The notes under the pieces are model-generated. The model did no database searches and was not told the DNA's origin. It saw only the letters and a list, made by a program, of their open reading frames with translations. A DNA stretch of 38,672 nucleotides from Hadesarchaea archaeon. GTDB lineage: Archaea > Hadarchaeota > Hadarchaeia > Hadarchaeales > Hadarchaeaceae. The translations under genes and the position numbers were made by a program. The stretch is from NCBI GenBank assembly GCA_030672285.1, contig DAOVGS010000028.1, positions 1-38,672 of the forward strand, written 5' to 3'. Below are positions 7,621 to 17,726 of this stretch, in pieces (within the stretch, counting starts at the first letter, position 1; each line of letters opens with the position of its first letter).

Positions 7621-8919
7621 ATGATGTTGAAAATCATTTGCATTTGGAAGTGCTCGCAGGCGGAACGGGAAGAGCTGCTCAAACGCTCTGAACTTGATAT
7701 CTCATCGGCCATGCCTAAAGCGGCCAAAATCGTGGCCGACGTGCGGGAGCGTGGGGACGAAGCCCTACTTGAGTACACGAGAAGCCTCGATGGCGTCAGG
7801 CTTGATCGAAAACAGCTTCACGTTAGCGGGCGGGAGATCGATGCCGCTTACAGGCAGGTCGACGGAAAGACGGTAAAAGCGATCAAGCGTGCGGCGGCGG
7901 CGATCGAGAAATTTCACCGCAGGCAGCTTCCCCGTGAGTGGTCGATGAAGCTCCAGCCGGGCATCAGGGCAGGGCAACTCGTGCGTCCCTTGGCGAGGGT
8001 TGGTATTTACATCCCGGGCGGATTGGCGAGCTATCCTTCGAGCGCGCTCATGGCTGCAATCCCAGCGCGAATTGCCGGGGTCGGGCAAATAATCGCATGT
8101 ACTCCGCCCAAGAAGGATGGCAGGGTTAACGCGGTCGTGCTGGTGGCTGCTGATGTGGCTGGCATCGATGCTGTCTTCAAGGTCGGCGGCGCTCAGGCGA
8201 TAGCGGCGATGGCATATGGCACCGCGACAATCCCAAAGGTCGATAAGATAGTCGGGCCGGGAAACGTCTATGTGGTAGCCGCTAAGCAAGTTGTCGCACC
8301 AAATGTCGATGTAGATTTTGCCGCAGGTCCGAGCGAGGTTTTGATCATCGCGGATGCTTCGGCCAATTCAGCGTACGTCGCGGCGGACATGTTGGCACAG
8401 GCTGAGCATGACCCAGCGGCAGCAGCGGTTCTCGTAACGACATCTCAAGGGTTAGCGTCCAAGGTATGTGAGTCCATCAAGGAAATGCTTAAAGGAAATC
8501 CACGGTCAGCGATCGTCAGACGGGCCCTCGAGAAGTACGGACGAGTGATAGTGACGGCTAACCTCGAGCAGGCGTTGGAGTTCGCGAACGATTACGCCCC
8601 CGAGCACCTCGAGCTAATGGTAAATCGCCCGAGGCAAGTTTTGAGGCGAGTGAAGAATGCGGGTGCAATTTTTGTTGGACCTTACTCGCCGGTGGCAACG
8701 GGTGATTTCGCGGTAGGACCCAATCATATCTTGCCAACGGGTGGTGGGGCTAAGAAACGCTCGGGACTCTCGGTGCTCGATTTCGTCAGGCTGCCCACCT
8801 TCCAGACTTTAACCAAGCGTGGCCTGAAGCGCGTGGCGGCTACCGCAGAAAGGCTTGCCAAGGCTGAGGGTCTTCTGGGGCACGCTCAAAGCATCCGTGA
8901 AAGGTTAAAAGGGCGATAA
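7621..8919 (+). CDS. hisD: Histidinol dehydrogenase
   Basis: YIPGG, GGAQAIAAMAYG, KIVGPGNVYV, AGPSE, QAEHD, APEHL, GPNHILPT. Confidence 0.96.
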   Translation: MMLKIICIWKCSQAEREELLKRSELDISSAMPKAAKIVADVRERGDEALLEYTRSLDGVRLDRKQLHVSGREIDAAYRQVDGKTVKAIKRAAAAIEKFHRRQLPREWSMKLQPGIRAGQLVRPLARVGIYIPGGLASYPSSALMAAIPARIAGVGQIIACTPPKKDGRVNAVVLVAADVAGIDAVFKVGGAQAIAAMAYGTATIPKVDKIVGPGNVYVVAAKQVVAPNVDVDFAAGPSEVLIIADASANSAYVAADMLAQAEHDPAAAAVLVTTSQGLASKVCESIKEMLKGNPRSAIVRRALEKYGRVIVTANLEQALEFANDYAPEHLELMVNRPRQVLRRVKNAGAIFVGPYSPVATGDFAVGPNHILPTGGGAKKRSGLSVLDFVRLPTFQTLTKRGLKRVAATAERLAKAEGLLGHAQSIRERLKGR

Positions 8920-8920
8920 T

Positions 8921-9319
8921 TTGAAGTTGACCCCCCTTAAGGCAAGAGAAGTAGTAAAAGCCCTCAACTTCAGGGATGGCTTCGTCACAGCCGTTGCACG
9001 GGACTTCAAAACAAAACAAGTGCTCATGGTAGCGCACCAGACCAAGCAGGCGGTATTGAAGACCCTGACTACAGGCATGATGCACTACTGGAGCCGATTG
9101 CGGCGCAAACTATGGCTGAAGGGCGAGCAATCGAAGCACTACCAGCGAGTTCGTGATGTGTGGGTCGATTGCGATGGCGATGCCTTGGTCTTCGATGTCG
9201 AGCAGGTGTGTGCGGCGTGCCACGAGGGGTATCGTTCCTGCTTCTACCGTAAGGTCAGGCGGGGCAGGCTAACTCGGGTGCTGAAGCGGAAGTTCAAGCC
9301 TGAGGATGTTTACGGCTAG
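8921..9319 (+). CDS. hisI: Phosphoribosyl-AMP cyclohydrolase (monofunctional, no HisE domain)
   Basis: YWSR.R.KLWLKGEQS, DCDGD, ACHEGYRSCF. Confidence 0.95.
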   Translation: MKLTPLKAREVVKALNFRDGFVTAVARDFKTKQVLMVAHQTKQAVLKTLTTGMMHYWSRLRRKLWLKGEQSKHYQRVRDVWVDCDGDALVFDVEQVCAACHEGYRSCFYRKVRRGRLTRVLKRKFKPEDVYG

Positions 9320-9335
9320 CAAGCGCCGAGGTGGA

Positions 9336-10229
9336 ATGGTGAACCCCGCGAGGAGGACGCTCGACGCTTTCAGGCGGAGTTCCTCGGCGATATCTCTCGT
9401 CATCGTCTTGGGCCTGCTCGTGATGGTCCTGAGCTCTGCCTACTGTATCCTAGCTTACAATCCATCCGAGTTCTTGGAGCAACCGGGGGCACAGGAGTAT
9501 GAGAACGCGCTCGAGAACGTCGGGCGGATGGACGAGTGGGCGCGGACGCAGTACTATTGGTCTCACAACTTGAGGGTCGCCGGGCTGTACGTGGCCGGAA
9601 CCCCAGCCTACCTAAGCTTCCCGTCGCTACTACTCGGCAGTTACTTTACTGGGATGAACCTCTCCTACTGGTACCACTTTGCAGGGGCGGAGGTATTCCT
9701 AGCGTTCGTGGCAAGCATCTTTGTTCATGGCGTGCTTGAACTCACGGGCATCTTCATCGTCGCGGCGATTGCACTGCGGGCGGCTTGGGCTCTCTGGAAG
9801 GGAATGGGACACATGGCGGCGGTGGCGAAGCGCGGTGGAAAGCTATGGACGTGGGGTTTCTCGAGGGAGGAAAAACGGGAGCTTCGGAGGCACAAGGGTG
9901 AGGTCAAGGAGTTCTTGGTGGATTTCCTCTTGGTGGCCGGAGTGGGTGCGTTTTTGATTTTCCTCGCGGCACCGATTGAGGCTTACGTTTCACCTGGGAT
10001 CTTCTGGAACTTCATGACGACGCCACTACTTGCGGTGGTTTTCTTAGCAGTTGTTGCATTTCTCTACTTTTTAGTGGTCGTATGGGGGATCAGGGGTGTG
10101 CGGAAGAATATGGGAGCGATTTACAAGGACCTCAAGTTTGTTTTCAAACGCAGGTGGCGGCCAGCACAGCTTTCAATTTTGATGTTCGCGGTGTTTTCCA
10201 TAATGGTGTTGATCAGCTTCTTGACCTGA
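9336..10229 (+). CDS. SpoIIM/DUF95 family integral membrane protein
   Basis: Multiple hydrophobic segments, HN, HGVLEL and LAAPIEAYVSP motifs. SD GAGGTGG precedes ATG9336. Confidence 0.75.
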   Translation: MVNPARRTLDAFRRSSSAISLVIVLGLLVMVLSSAYCILAYNPSEFLEQPGAQEYENALENVGRMDEWARTQYYWSHNLRVAGLYVAGTPAYLSFPSLLLGSYFTGMNLSYWYHFAGAEVFLAFVASIFVHGVLELTGIFIVAAIALRAAWALWKGMGHMAAVAKRGGKLWTWGFSREEKRELRRHKGEVKEFLVDFLLVAGVGAFLIFLAAPIEAYVSPGIFWNFMTTPLLAVVFLAVVAFLYFLVVVWGIRGVRKNMGAIYKDLKFVFKRRWRPAQLSILMFAVFSIMVLISFLT

Positions 10230-10233
10230 GTGG

Positions 10234-11298
10234 CTACCTACGAGCGAATCCCAGCCCCTCGACCCGGATGCGTCCAGGTTGCCCTCGCTGCCCCTCGACC
10301 TCAAATTTCACGCCGAGGATTTGCTTAACCAGCGCGATGTTCGTCAGCGCGTGCGAGGTGAGTTCGGCGCTCGTTATCTCAGATGTGCCTTCGGCGAGCG
10401 CGAGGTAGAGCACGAGTTGATCGGTCAGGTGGCTGTCGACCGCGCAGCCCGTTTGAAGTTGCTTGAGCAAGCTCTCGGCAGCTTCCCGCCCAACTTCTTC
10501 GGCCGGCTTTCCCTGTTTGCCCAGCGAGCTCGCCCCTAGGATTGTGCCGCCCTCGGTTTCGGCCCAGAGGGTTATCCCGGTCCCAGGGCCGAGGTGGGGG
10601 TCTCGGGTTGGGGGGTAGGACTCGGCTTTGATGTCGACCTTGGCTTGGCCAGCCTTGATCAACGCCATGCTCGCCGCGTGGGCCATCCGGGTCGCGATGT
10701 GAGCGGGGAGGCGAACGCAGTGCGCTACTCCCGCGATGTGGACCACCCTCCCGGGCTCCGTTAACTTGAGCGCTCCCAGTTTTTCGACGGGTTCGATTCG
10801 GGCGCGCACGATCCCTCCGCCTCGCGGGTAGTGGCCCCGCTGGACGCACTCGACCTCACCCCGATATTCCATCTTGCGCAGCGTGGGCAGGGTGATGTTT
10901 TTTAAAAAGTCGATGGGGGGCGCGAACGGGTTGTCGGTCCCGCCTGTGATTTCAACCTCCACGGGCTTGCCGGCGAAAGCCGCGGCCGGCATCAAGATCT
11001 GTAGAATTAGCGTGGTACTGCCCGCGGTCCCTATGTCGACGCGATATCTGCCGCCCTCTATGGCGCTGGGCTCGAACTTTAGCTCCTTCGAGTGAAGCTC
11101 CAGCCCTTCAACCCGGGCGTTCGTGAGCTTGCTGAGTGCTTCGACCCCTCGCAGGTGTTGGGGCTGGAGCCCGGGTTTCGTCCGTTTCGCGCGGATGTTG
11201 TAAATGTGGATGGGCTTCCAACTGACCGCGCTCAGTCCTAGTGCCGTTCGGAGCACCGCCCCGCCGCCCTCGCCCATCGAGCCATCTACCTCGATCAT
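10234..11298 (-). CDS. rtcA: RNA 3'-terminal phosphate cyclase
   Basis: IEVDGSMGEGGG, RAKRTKPGLQPQH, GGTD, RGHYPRGGG, DSHLTDQL, TSHALTN. Confidence 0.95.
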   Translation of the reverse strand: MIEVDGSMGEGGGAVLRTALGLSAVSWKPIHIYNIRAKRTKPGLQPQHLRGVEALSKLTNARVEGLELHSKELKFEPSAIEGGRYRVDIGTAGSTTLILQILMPAAAFAGKPVEVEITGGTDNPFAPPIDFLKNITLPTLRKMEYRGEVECVQRGHYPRGGGIVRARIEPVEKLGALKLTEPGRVVHIAGVAHCVRLPAHIATRMAHAASMALIKAGQAKVDIKAESYPPTRDPHLGPGTGITLWAETEGGTILGASSLGKQGKPAEEVGREAAESLLKQLQTGCAVDSHLTDQLVLYLALAEGTSEITSAELTSHALTNIALVKQILGVKFEVEGQRGQPGRIRVEGLGFARR

Positions 11299-11356
11299 CA
11301 GCAGAAGTTAGGTCCTTCAAATATAAGAGTTGAAAGCGAATATCCTCACGGGTCAA

Positions 11357-11707
11357 ATGTCGAGATTTCAGGCGAGCGTTTTGGGGTTGGTATCAAAGGT
11401 TCTCAAGGGCAAGGTGACGACTTACAAGGAACTTGCACGAGCTCTGGGTAGGCCTCGCGCGTGGAGAGCTGTCGCCAATGCTCTAGCTAGAAACCCCAAC
11501 CCGATAAAAATACCCTGCCATCGCGTGGTGAGGTCGGATGGCAAAATTGGGGGTTATAAGTTAGGCGTTCAACGAAAGGCGAGGTTGCTCATCGAGGAAG
11601 GCGTTGAAATTAGGGGAGAAAAAATCGATCTTGAAAAATATTTGTTGAATTTAAAAATTGATACCGTGCTCGAGCGACGCGCGAGATCAAAGCCGTTGAG
11701 CGGCTGA
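11357..11707 (+). CDS. ogt: Methylated-DNA--protein-cysteine methyltransferase (MGMT, single domain)
   Basis: GKVTTYKELA, RAVANAL, NP..IPCHRVV active site, GGY, LL..EG. Confidence 0.88.
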   Translation: MSRFQASVLGLVSKVLKGKVTTYKELARALGRPRAWRAVANALARNPNPIKIPCHRVVRSDGKIGGYKLGVQRKARLLIEEGVEIRGEKIDLEKYLLNLKIDTVLERRARSKPLSG

Positions 11708-11726
11708 AAGATTTATCAAAAGCCGC

Positions 11727-13019
11727 TTATTCCAAATAGACCAGTTGCGTATGAACGCTGACGGCATTCTTGTAGCTTACACCCTGTTGAATGGCTTCCT
11801 GTTGAATTACATATGTGAGCTGGATATCCAAGATATTGCTGTAACAATTGCTATCCTTCCCGCGTGGGGGAGATCCAGCTGAGACTGAGTCTGTTGAGGT
11901 TGTGGGAGGAGCGTAATAAAAGTCCACCCCACTGTCCGAGCTCGCCTCCCAAGTCAGGATCATATTGTCTACAGCGTATGTCGAGCCGTCATGGGCAGGA
12001 TAAGAATCTCTTTTTGAGGTGTAGATTAGTTCCTGGTATGTGCCGTTCGTTTTCTCTGCTATTTCTTTGAAGATACTTACCCCGTTCACATAACCAGTTA
12101 TTCCACTGCAGCCTATGACATGAATTTTGATACCCTTCTCCTTAGCAATCTCTACTTCATTTCTATAATCATAATCGTCCTCATAGTCCATATGGGGTGG
12201 CGCATCACCTATGAGGAATACCATCTTTACATGATCGTCATTACCCCAATTGCAGTCGTTTATCGCCACATGCAGAGCTTCATTCACTGATTCAGGACCA
12301 TCACCGCCTCCCTGGGCCTGTATACTCCTGAGAAATGTTTTGATGTCCTCTACATCTTCTGTAAAGTCAAAGAGCATTGTAACGTATGTATCGCCTCTGT
12401 CCCTGTAGGTAACGATAGCATATCTCACATCTGGTTTTGGGGTGCCGTTCTGTACCCCAAATATGATTTCCTCTATCTTATCTTTTACAACCAGTATTTC
12501 ATCGTCCATGCTACCAGTGCTGTCTAAAAGGAATAGCACATCGATTCGAGGTGGCGTTGTTTCAGAATCATCAGTATCACCAGAGTCATCATCATCGTCT
12601 GGCTCGTCAGGGACATCTGGTTGATTTGGAGTATCGGGGTCATCTGGCTGGTTCTCTTCAATCATTCTAATCGCGTTTTGGGCCAACCTCTTCGCGGAAT
12701 TCGCCAATCCGTAAGCCCGACCATATCTCCCTTCATCATAAGCTTCCTTCGCGTTGTCAAGATGTTCTTTCGCTTCCTCAAAAAGCACCGTCGCGCTCTG
12801 AGGAATATCATTTTCCAAAGAGTCGATCAGATTTTCTGCACGTTCTATCACAGCCTCCGCTGCTTCTATCTCTTCTAGCGCTCTCTGCTGCTGTCCCTCG
12901 TTGTTTTCATGCCCACCGCTTAACATCAAATTTTGGTGTTCCATTGACCTAGCACAAACAGTGCCGGCCGAAACTGTGATGGCTGCTATCAGGATGATGG
13001 TGGCCCCAAACCATTTCAT
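11727..13019 (-). CDS. Secreted protein: signal peptide, helical bundle, acidic Pro/Asp linker and vWA domain
   Basis: Hydrophobic N-terminus; linker QPDDPDTPNQPDVPDEPDDDDDSGDTDDS; MIDAS DVLFLLDSTGSM, YRD, GGGDGPE, LIGDAPPH. Confidence 0.85.
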   Translation of the reverse strand: MKWFGATIILIAAITVSAGTVCARSMEHQNLMLSGGHENNEGQQQRALEEIEAAEAVIERAENLIDSLENDIPQSATVLFEEAKEHLDNAKEAYDEGRYGRAYGLANSAKRLAQNAIRMIEENQPDDPDTPNQPDVPDEPDDDDDSGDTDDSETTPPRIDVLFLLDSTGSMDDEILVVKDKIEEIIFGVQNGTPKPDVRYAIVTYRDRGDTYVTMLFDFTEDVEDIKTFLRSIQAQGGGDGPESVNEALHVAINDCNWGNDDHVKMVFLIGDAPPHMDYEDDYDYRNEVEIAKEKGIKIHVIGCSGITGYVNGVSIFKEIAEKTNGTYQELIYTSKRDSYPAHDGSTYAVDNMILTWEASSDSGVDFYYAPPTTSTDSVSAGSPPRGKDSNCYSNILDIQLTYVIQQEAIQQGVSYKNAVSVHTQLVYLE

Positions 13020-13063
13020 CTCTTATCCCTGAGTTAAGAATGGCGCGTAGAAGTATTTATAAA

Positions 13064-13083
13064 AAGTTTCAAATGTGAGACTT
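13064..13083. promoter_or_regulatory. Palindromic operator AAGTTTCA-N4-TGAGACTT adjoining the vWA gene TATA box
   Basis: Matches the two sites at 13936-13982. Minus-strand TTTATAAATA lies immediately on the gene side. Confidence 0.65.
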
Positions 13084-13131
13084 AATTAAATCTACAAAAA
13101 TTCCAAAATGAATTTATGGATTTTAGTGGCA

Positions 13132-13929
13132 CTACACCAATTCCCGCTTACCAACATATTTGTAGACGTGGCTCGGCTTGCCCCTACCGCCGAGCCCATT
13201 CGCCGCGAGTTTCGTTTGCTCGGTCGGTTTCACAAGCCCCCGCTCGACCAGCTTCTGGACCGTTCGCCAGACCGTGACCTTGGAGGTCTTTGTCAGTTTC
13301 ATGAGCTCAGGGATGGTGAACTCCTTCAGCTCCATTATGTGCCCCACTATCTCCACATCTCTCACCGTCATGTCGTGGAGCCCGTGCTCGAGCAGCGTCG
13401 ATGTCGCGCCGCCCCACATCTGCCGATACCCAGCCCAAACGGCGAGAGCCACGACCCCCATCGCGATACCGATGCTCGCGGCGATCGGCAGGGCATTGAT
13501 CGGCTTTGTCTCCGTAGTCGTCGTGTTGGCAACGGTAACAGGATCTCTAGTTGCTTGTGCTTGTTCATAGGCGTTTGTTGGCACGTTTATCTGAGATACC
13601 CCGAGCCTACCCCCATCACCTACTAAAGCGGCTGGCGCCGGGGTTAGGACAGGGGCGTCATCATAATCTTCATAACCTGAGTAGTACCACAGGTTGTAAA
13701 AACCTACATTATCCGCGCTTAGAACAAATTCCACGTTCTCCACATCATACTGTACATTGTCTATGGATATCTGTTGTCCAAAGTTCTCGATAACTACAGT
13801 TTGGGTTGAGGTGATGACATATCTTTCGCCGTAAAAATGGTCGAGAGCAACGTAGGACGTGACAGCAGCCGCCCCCAGCACCACCAAAGCTATCATCGCA
13901 CCAAGAAACCAACGACGCATGCCCAGCAC
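13132..13929 (-). CDS. Membrane-anchored winged-HTH transcriptional regulator
   Basis: N-terminal hydrophobic segment, ~130-aa extracellular part, TM (LPIAASIGIAMGVVALAVWAGY), then a wHTH (MTVRDVEIV...FTIPELMKLTKTSKVTVWRTVQKLVERGLV...GRGKPSHVYKY). Confidence 0.82.
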   Translation of the reverse strand: MLGMRRWFLGAMIALVVLGAAAVTSYVALDHFYGERYVITSTQTVVIENFGQQISIDNVQYDVENVEFVLSADNVGFYNLWYYSGYEDYDDAPVLTPAPAALVGDGGRLGVSQINVPTNAYEQAQATRDPVTVANTTTTETKPINALPIAASIGIAMGVVALAVWAGYRQMWGGATSTLLEHGLHDMTVRDVEIVGHIMELKEFTIPELMKLTKTSKVTVWRTVQKLVERGLVKPTEQTKLAANGLGGRGKPSHVYKYVGKRELV

Positions 13930-13935
13930 CGCATA

Positions 13936-13982
13936 AAGTATCGTTTATGAAACTTATAAATTATGTTTCTTTTATGAAACTT
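13936..13982. promoter_or_regulatory. Two palindromic operators in the divergent regulator/beta-propeller promoter
   Basis: AAGTATCGTTTATGAAACTT (13936-13955) and ATGTTTCTTTTATGAAACTT (13963-13982) flank TATA-like CTTATAAA and abut TTTAAA. Confidence 0.7.
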
Positions 13983-14025
13983 AATTTAAATCCGAGGTTT
14001 GACCATCTTTAATTGGTGAAACAAA

Positions 14026-15984
14026 ATGAGGCGCTGGCTTCCGCCCGTGTCGGCATGGTATCTGATAGAGGCTAAATTATCGTTTGTGGCGCTCATTCTG
14101 ATTGTGGCCACTGTAACAACTTTGGCTACTCCAATTCTCATCGTCGCGGCGGGGCTGAACGCTGAAGAAGATTTGAGCTACGGTGGGCAGAATTACTTAA
14201 ATAAATTCTCATCCTACGAGGAGCTGAAAAATTTTGTGAAGGGAAGTGTTGGTTATGACGACGCTTATTACCCTGAATCAATCCTGCCGGTTCCAATGGT
14301 TCCAAGTTCCAACTCGTTGACGAACACATGGACAGGCACAAGATTTGTTGCAGGTTCAGCCGCCCAAATAGATTCAGATTATGTAACTTATGAAATCAAC
14401 GTAACGACGGACACCCAAACAGATTATTCAACGACAAATATCCAAGTTGAGGGCGTCGATGAGGCGGACATCGTGAAGAGCGACGGGAAATACATTTATG
14501 TCGTTTCTGGAAGCAAGGTAGTCATCATCGACGCATATCCAGCCGAAAATGCCAGAATTCTTTCCGAGATAGAAGTGAACGGAAATCCGGTTGAGATATT
14601 TATAAACGGAAACAAACTCGTCGTGCTCGGATGGGCGTACATCAAAGTTTACGATGTTTCAGACAGGGAGAACCCCATCCTAACAAGAGACGTTTCCTCC
14701 GATGGCTATTATTCCGATTCGAGAATGGTGGGGAGTTATGTTTACGTGATAATAAATTCACCAATTTACTATCGGGTGGAGGAAATAGATCTACCCTACA
14801 TTTCCTCCAATGGCGACACCAAAACAATTCCAGCGACTGAAATTTACTATTTTGAAAATATTCAAGATTATTCGTACGAGTTCACGACCATCATGGCGAT
14901 AAACACGCAAGAGGATGATGAGGAGATAACAAGCGAAACGTTCCTCATCGGCATAACCCAGAACGTCTTCGTTTCCTCGAACAACATTTACATAACATAC
15001 ACCGACAGCTGGTACACTCCATACACTGACAGGGATGAGGATCAGTGGACTGAGAAAACAATTATTCACAAAATATCCATAGCTGGTGGGATAATCGAAT
15101 ACAAATCGCAGGGGGAGGTTCCGGGGCACGTCTTGAACCAATTTTCCATGGACGAATACCAGGGATATTTCAGGATAGCGACCACAACGGGGGAGGTTTG
15201 GGGCGGTGGAGCCCGGAATCACGTTTATGTTCTCGATGAAGATCTTAACATCGTTGGTAGATTAGAGGACCTTGCCCCCGGAGAAAGAATTTACTCCGCA
15301 AGATTTATGGGCGGCAGGGCTTACCTCGTGACGTTCAAAAAAATTGATCCTTTATTCGTGTTAGATTTAAGTGATCCCCGTAACCCAAGAGTTCTTGGAG
15401 AGTTGAAAATACCGGGGTACTCCGATTACCTGCACCCCTACGATGAAACTCACCTGATAGGCGTGGGCAAGGACACCGTGGAGTCGGAATGGGGAAACTT
15501 CGCGTGGTATCAGGGCGTAAAGATAGTCCTCTTCGATGTGAGCGACCCAGAAAACCCAATAGAAATATCAAAATATGTGATAGGCGACCGGGGGACCGAT
15601 TCTTACGCTTTGAGCGATTCTTACGCTTTGAGCGATCACAGGGCATTTTTGTTCAGCAGGTCGAAGAACCTCCTCGTGATTCCCATCTTGCTTGCCGAGA
15701 TAAACGAGGAACAATACTTTGGAGGAGTTCCGCCCAACGCTTATGGGGAATACACTTGGCAGGGCGCCTACGTATTTGACATCTCCTTGACCGATGGTTT
15801 GGTGCTTAAGGGAGGAATAACTCATTCGGAGGACAACGCCCAGCTAGGGTGGGGTTGGTATTATTCATTCCGCTCCGTCAAGAGATCCCTCTACATAGAC
15901 AACGTGCTCTACACCATCTCGGATGAACTGGTGAAAATGAACAACCTGGAGGACTTGAGCGAGATAAGTGAAGTAGAATTATAA
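14026..15984 (+). CDS. Secreted/membrane-anchored beta-propeller domain protein (Beta_propel family)
   Basis: YSTTNIQVEGVDEADIVKSDG, VPGHVLNQFSMDEY, GERIYSARF, VTFKKIDPLFVLDL, LGELKIPGYSDYLHP. Confidence 0.9.
   Translation: MRRWLPPVSAWYLIEAKLSFVALILIVATVTTLATPILIVAAGLNAEEDLSYGGQNYLNKFSSYEELKNFVKGSVGYDDAYYPESILPVPMVPSSNSLTNTWTGTRFVAGSAAQIDSDYVTYEINVTTDTQTDYSTTNIQVEGVDEADIVKSDGKYIYVVSGSKVVIIDAYPAENARILSEIEVNGNPVEIFINGNKLVVLGWAYIKVYDVSDRENPILTRDVSSDGYYSDSRMVGSYVYVIINSPIYYRVEEIDLPYISSNGDTKTIPATEIYYFENIQDYSYEFTTIMAINTQEDDEEITSETFLIGITQNVFVSSNNIYITYTDSWYTPYTDRDEDQWTEKTIIHKISIAGGIIEYKSQGEVPGHVLNQFSMDEYQGYFRIATTTGEVWGGGARNHVYVLDEDLNIVGRLEDLAPGERIYSARFMGGRAYLVTFKKIDPLFVLDLSDPRNPRVLGELKIPGYSDYLHPYDETHLIGVGKDTVESEWGNFAWYQGVKIVLFDVSDPENPIEISKYVIGDRGTDSYALSDSYALSDHRAFLFSRSKNLLVIPILLAEINEEQYFGGVPPNAYGEYTWQGAYVFDISLTDGLVLKGGITHSEDNAQLGWGWYYSFRSVKRSLYIDNVLYTISDELVKMNNLEDLSEISEVEL
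15597..15636 (+). repeat. Perfect in-frame 18-bp tandem duplication (DSYALS x2)
   Basis: GATTCTTACGCTTTGAGC at 15598-15615 and 15616-15633. Confidence 0.92.
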
Positions 15985-16002
15985 AAAAAGAATTTTGTAG
16001 CT

Positions 16003-17336
<1,334 letters not shown>

Positions 17337-17379
17337 TCTACCCCATCGCCTGCCGCAGATTTGGCGCAAGGGGAGAATG

Positions 17380-17634
17380 CTACTTCTTCTCCCCTTTGGT
17401 CTGGTCGTACTGCGTCCAGTTATTTGCCCAATCTTGCTTTATCTTGCCAAGTCGGTCCAAGACCATGGTTCGAATCTCGCTCGTCGGCATCTGGTCGCGC
17501 GCTGATTTCTCGATTTCGTCGGCTATGCTGGCGGCGACATCTGCGGGGGCCCCTACGGCCGTACACGCGTTGACTATTTTCTGGCGCTGAAAGGGTTCGG
17601 TCTTACCATCTTTTTTAACTACTTGAACTGCCAT
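17380..17634 (-). CDS. Stand-alone ATP-cone domain protein
   Basis: VVKKDGKTEPFQRQKI...TSEIRTMVLDRL. SD GGAGGTG lies 5 nt before the ATG. Confidence 0.85.
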   Translation of the reverse strand: MAVQVVKKDGKTEPFQRQKIVNACTAVGAPADVAASIADEIEKSARDQMPTSEIRTMVLDRLGKIKQDWANNWTQYDQTKGEKK

Positions 17635-17726
17635 TCGGCCACCTCCAGTTTTATAACTAAACCTCCGGACTTAAAAAATGAAAGCCTTTTTCAACTCAAG
17701 CAAGCACTTTGTATCGAGGTCAAATT

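Noticed and set aside
13936-13982. Bacterial parS site
   Set aside because: The half-sites resemble GTTTCA/TGAAAC but are spaced by 4 bp rather than 2. They sit at promoters and no parAB is present.
17635-17726. TPP riboswitch upstream of thiC
   Set aside because: The region is a short AT-rich divergent promoter with no CTGAGA or other TPP aptamer core.
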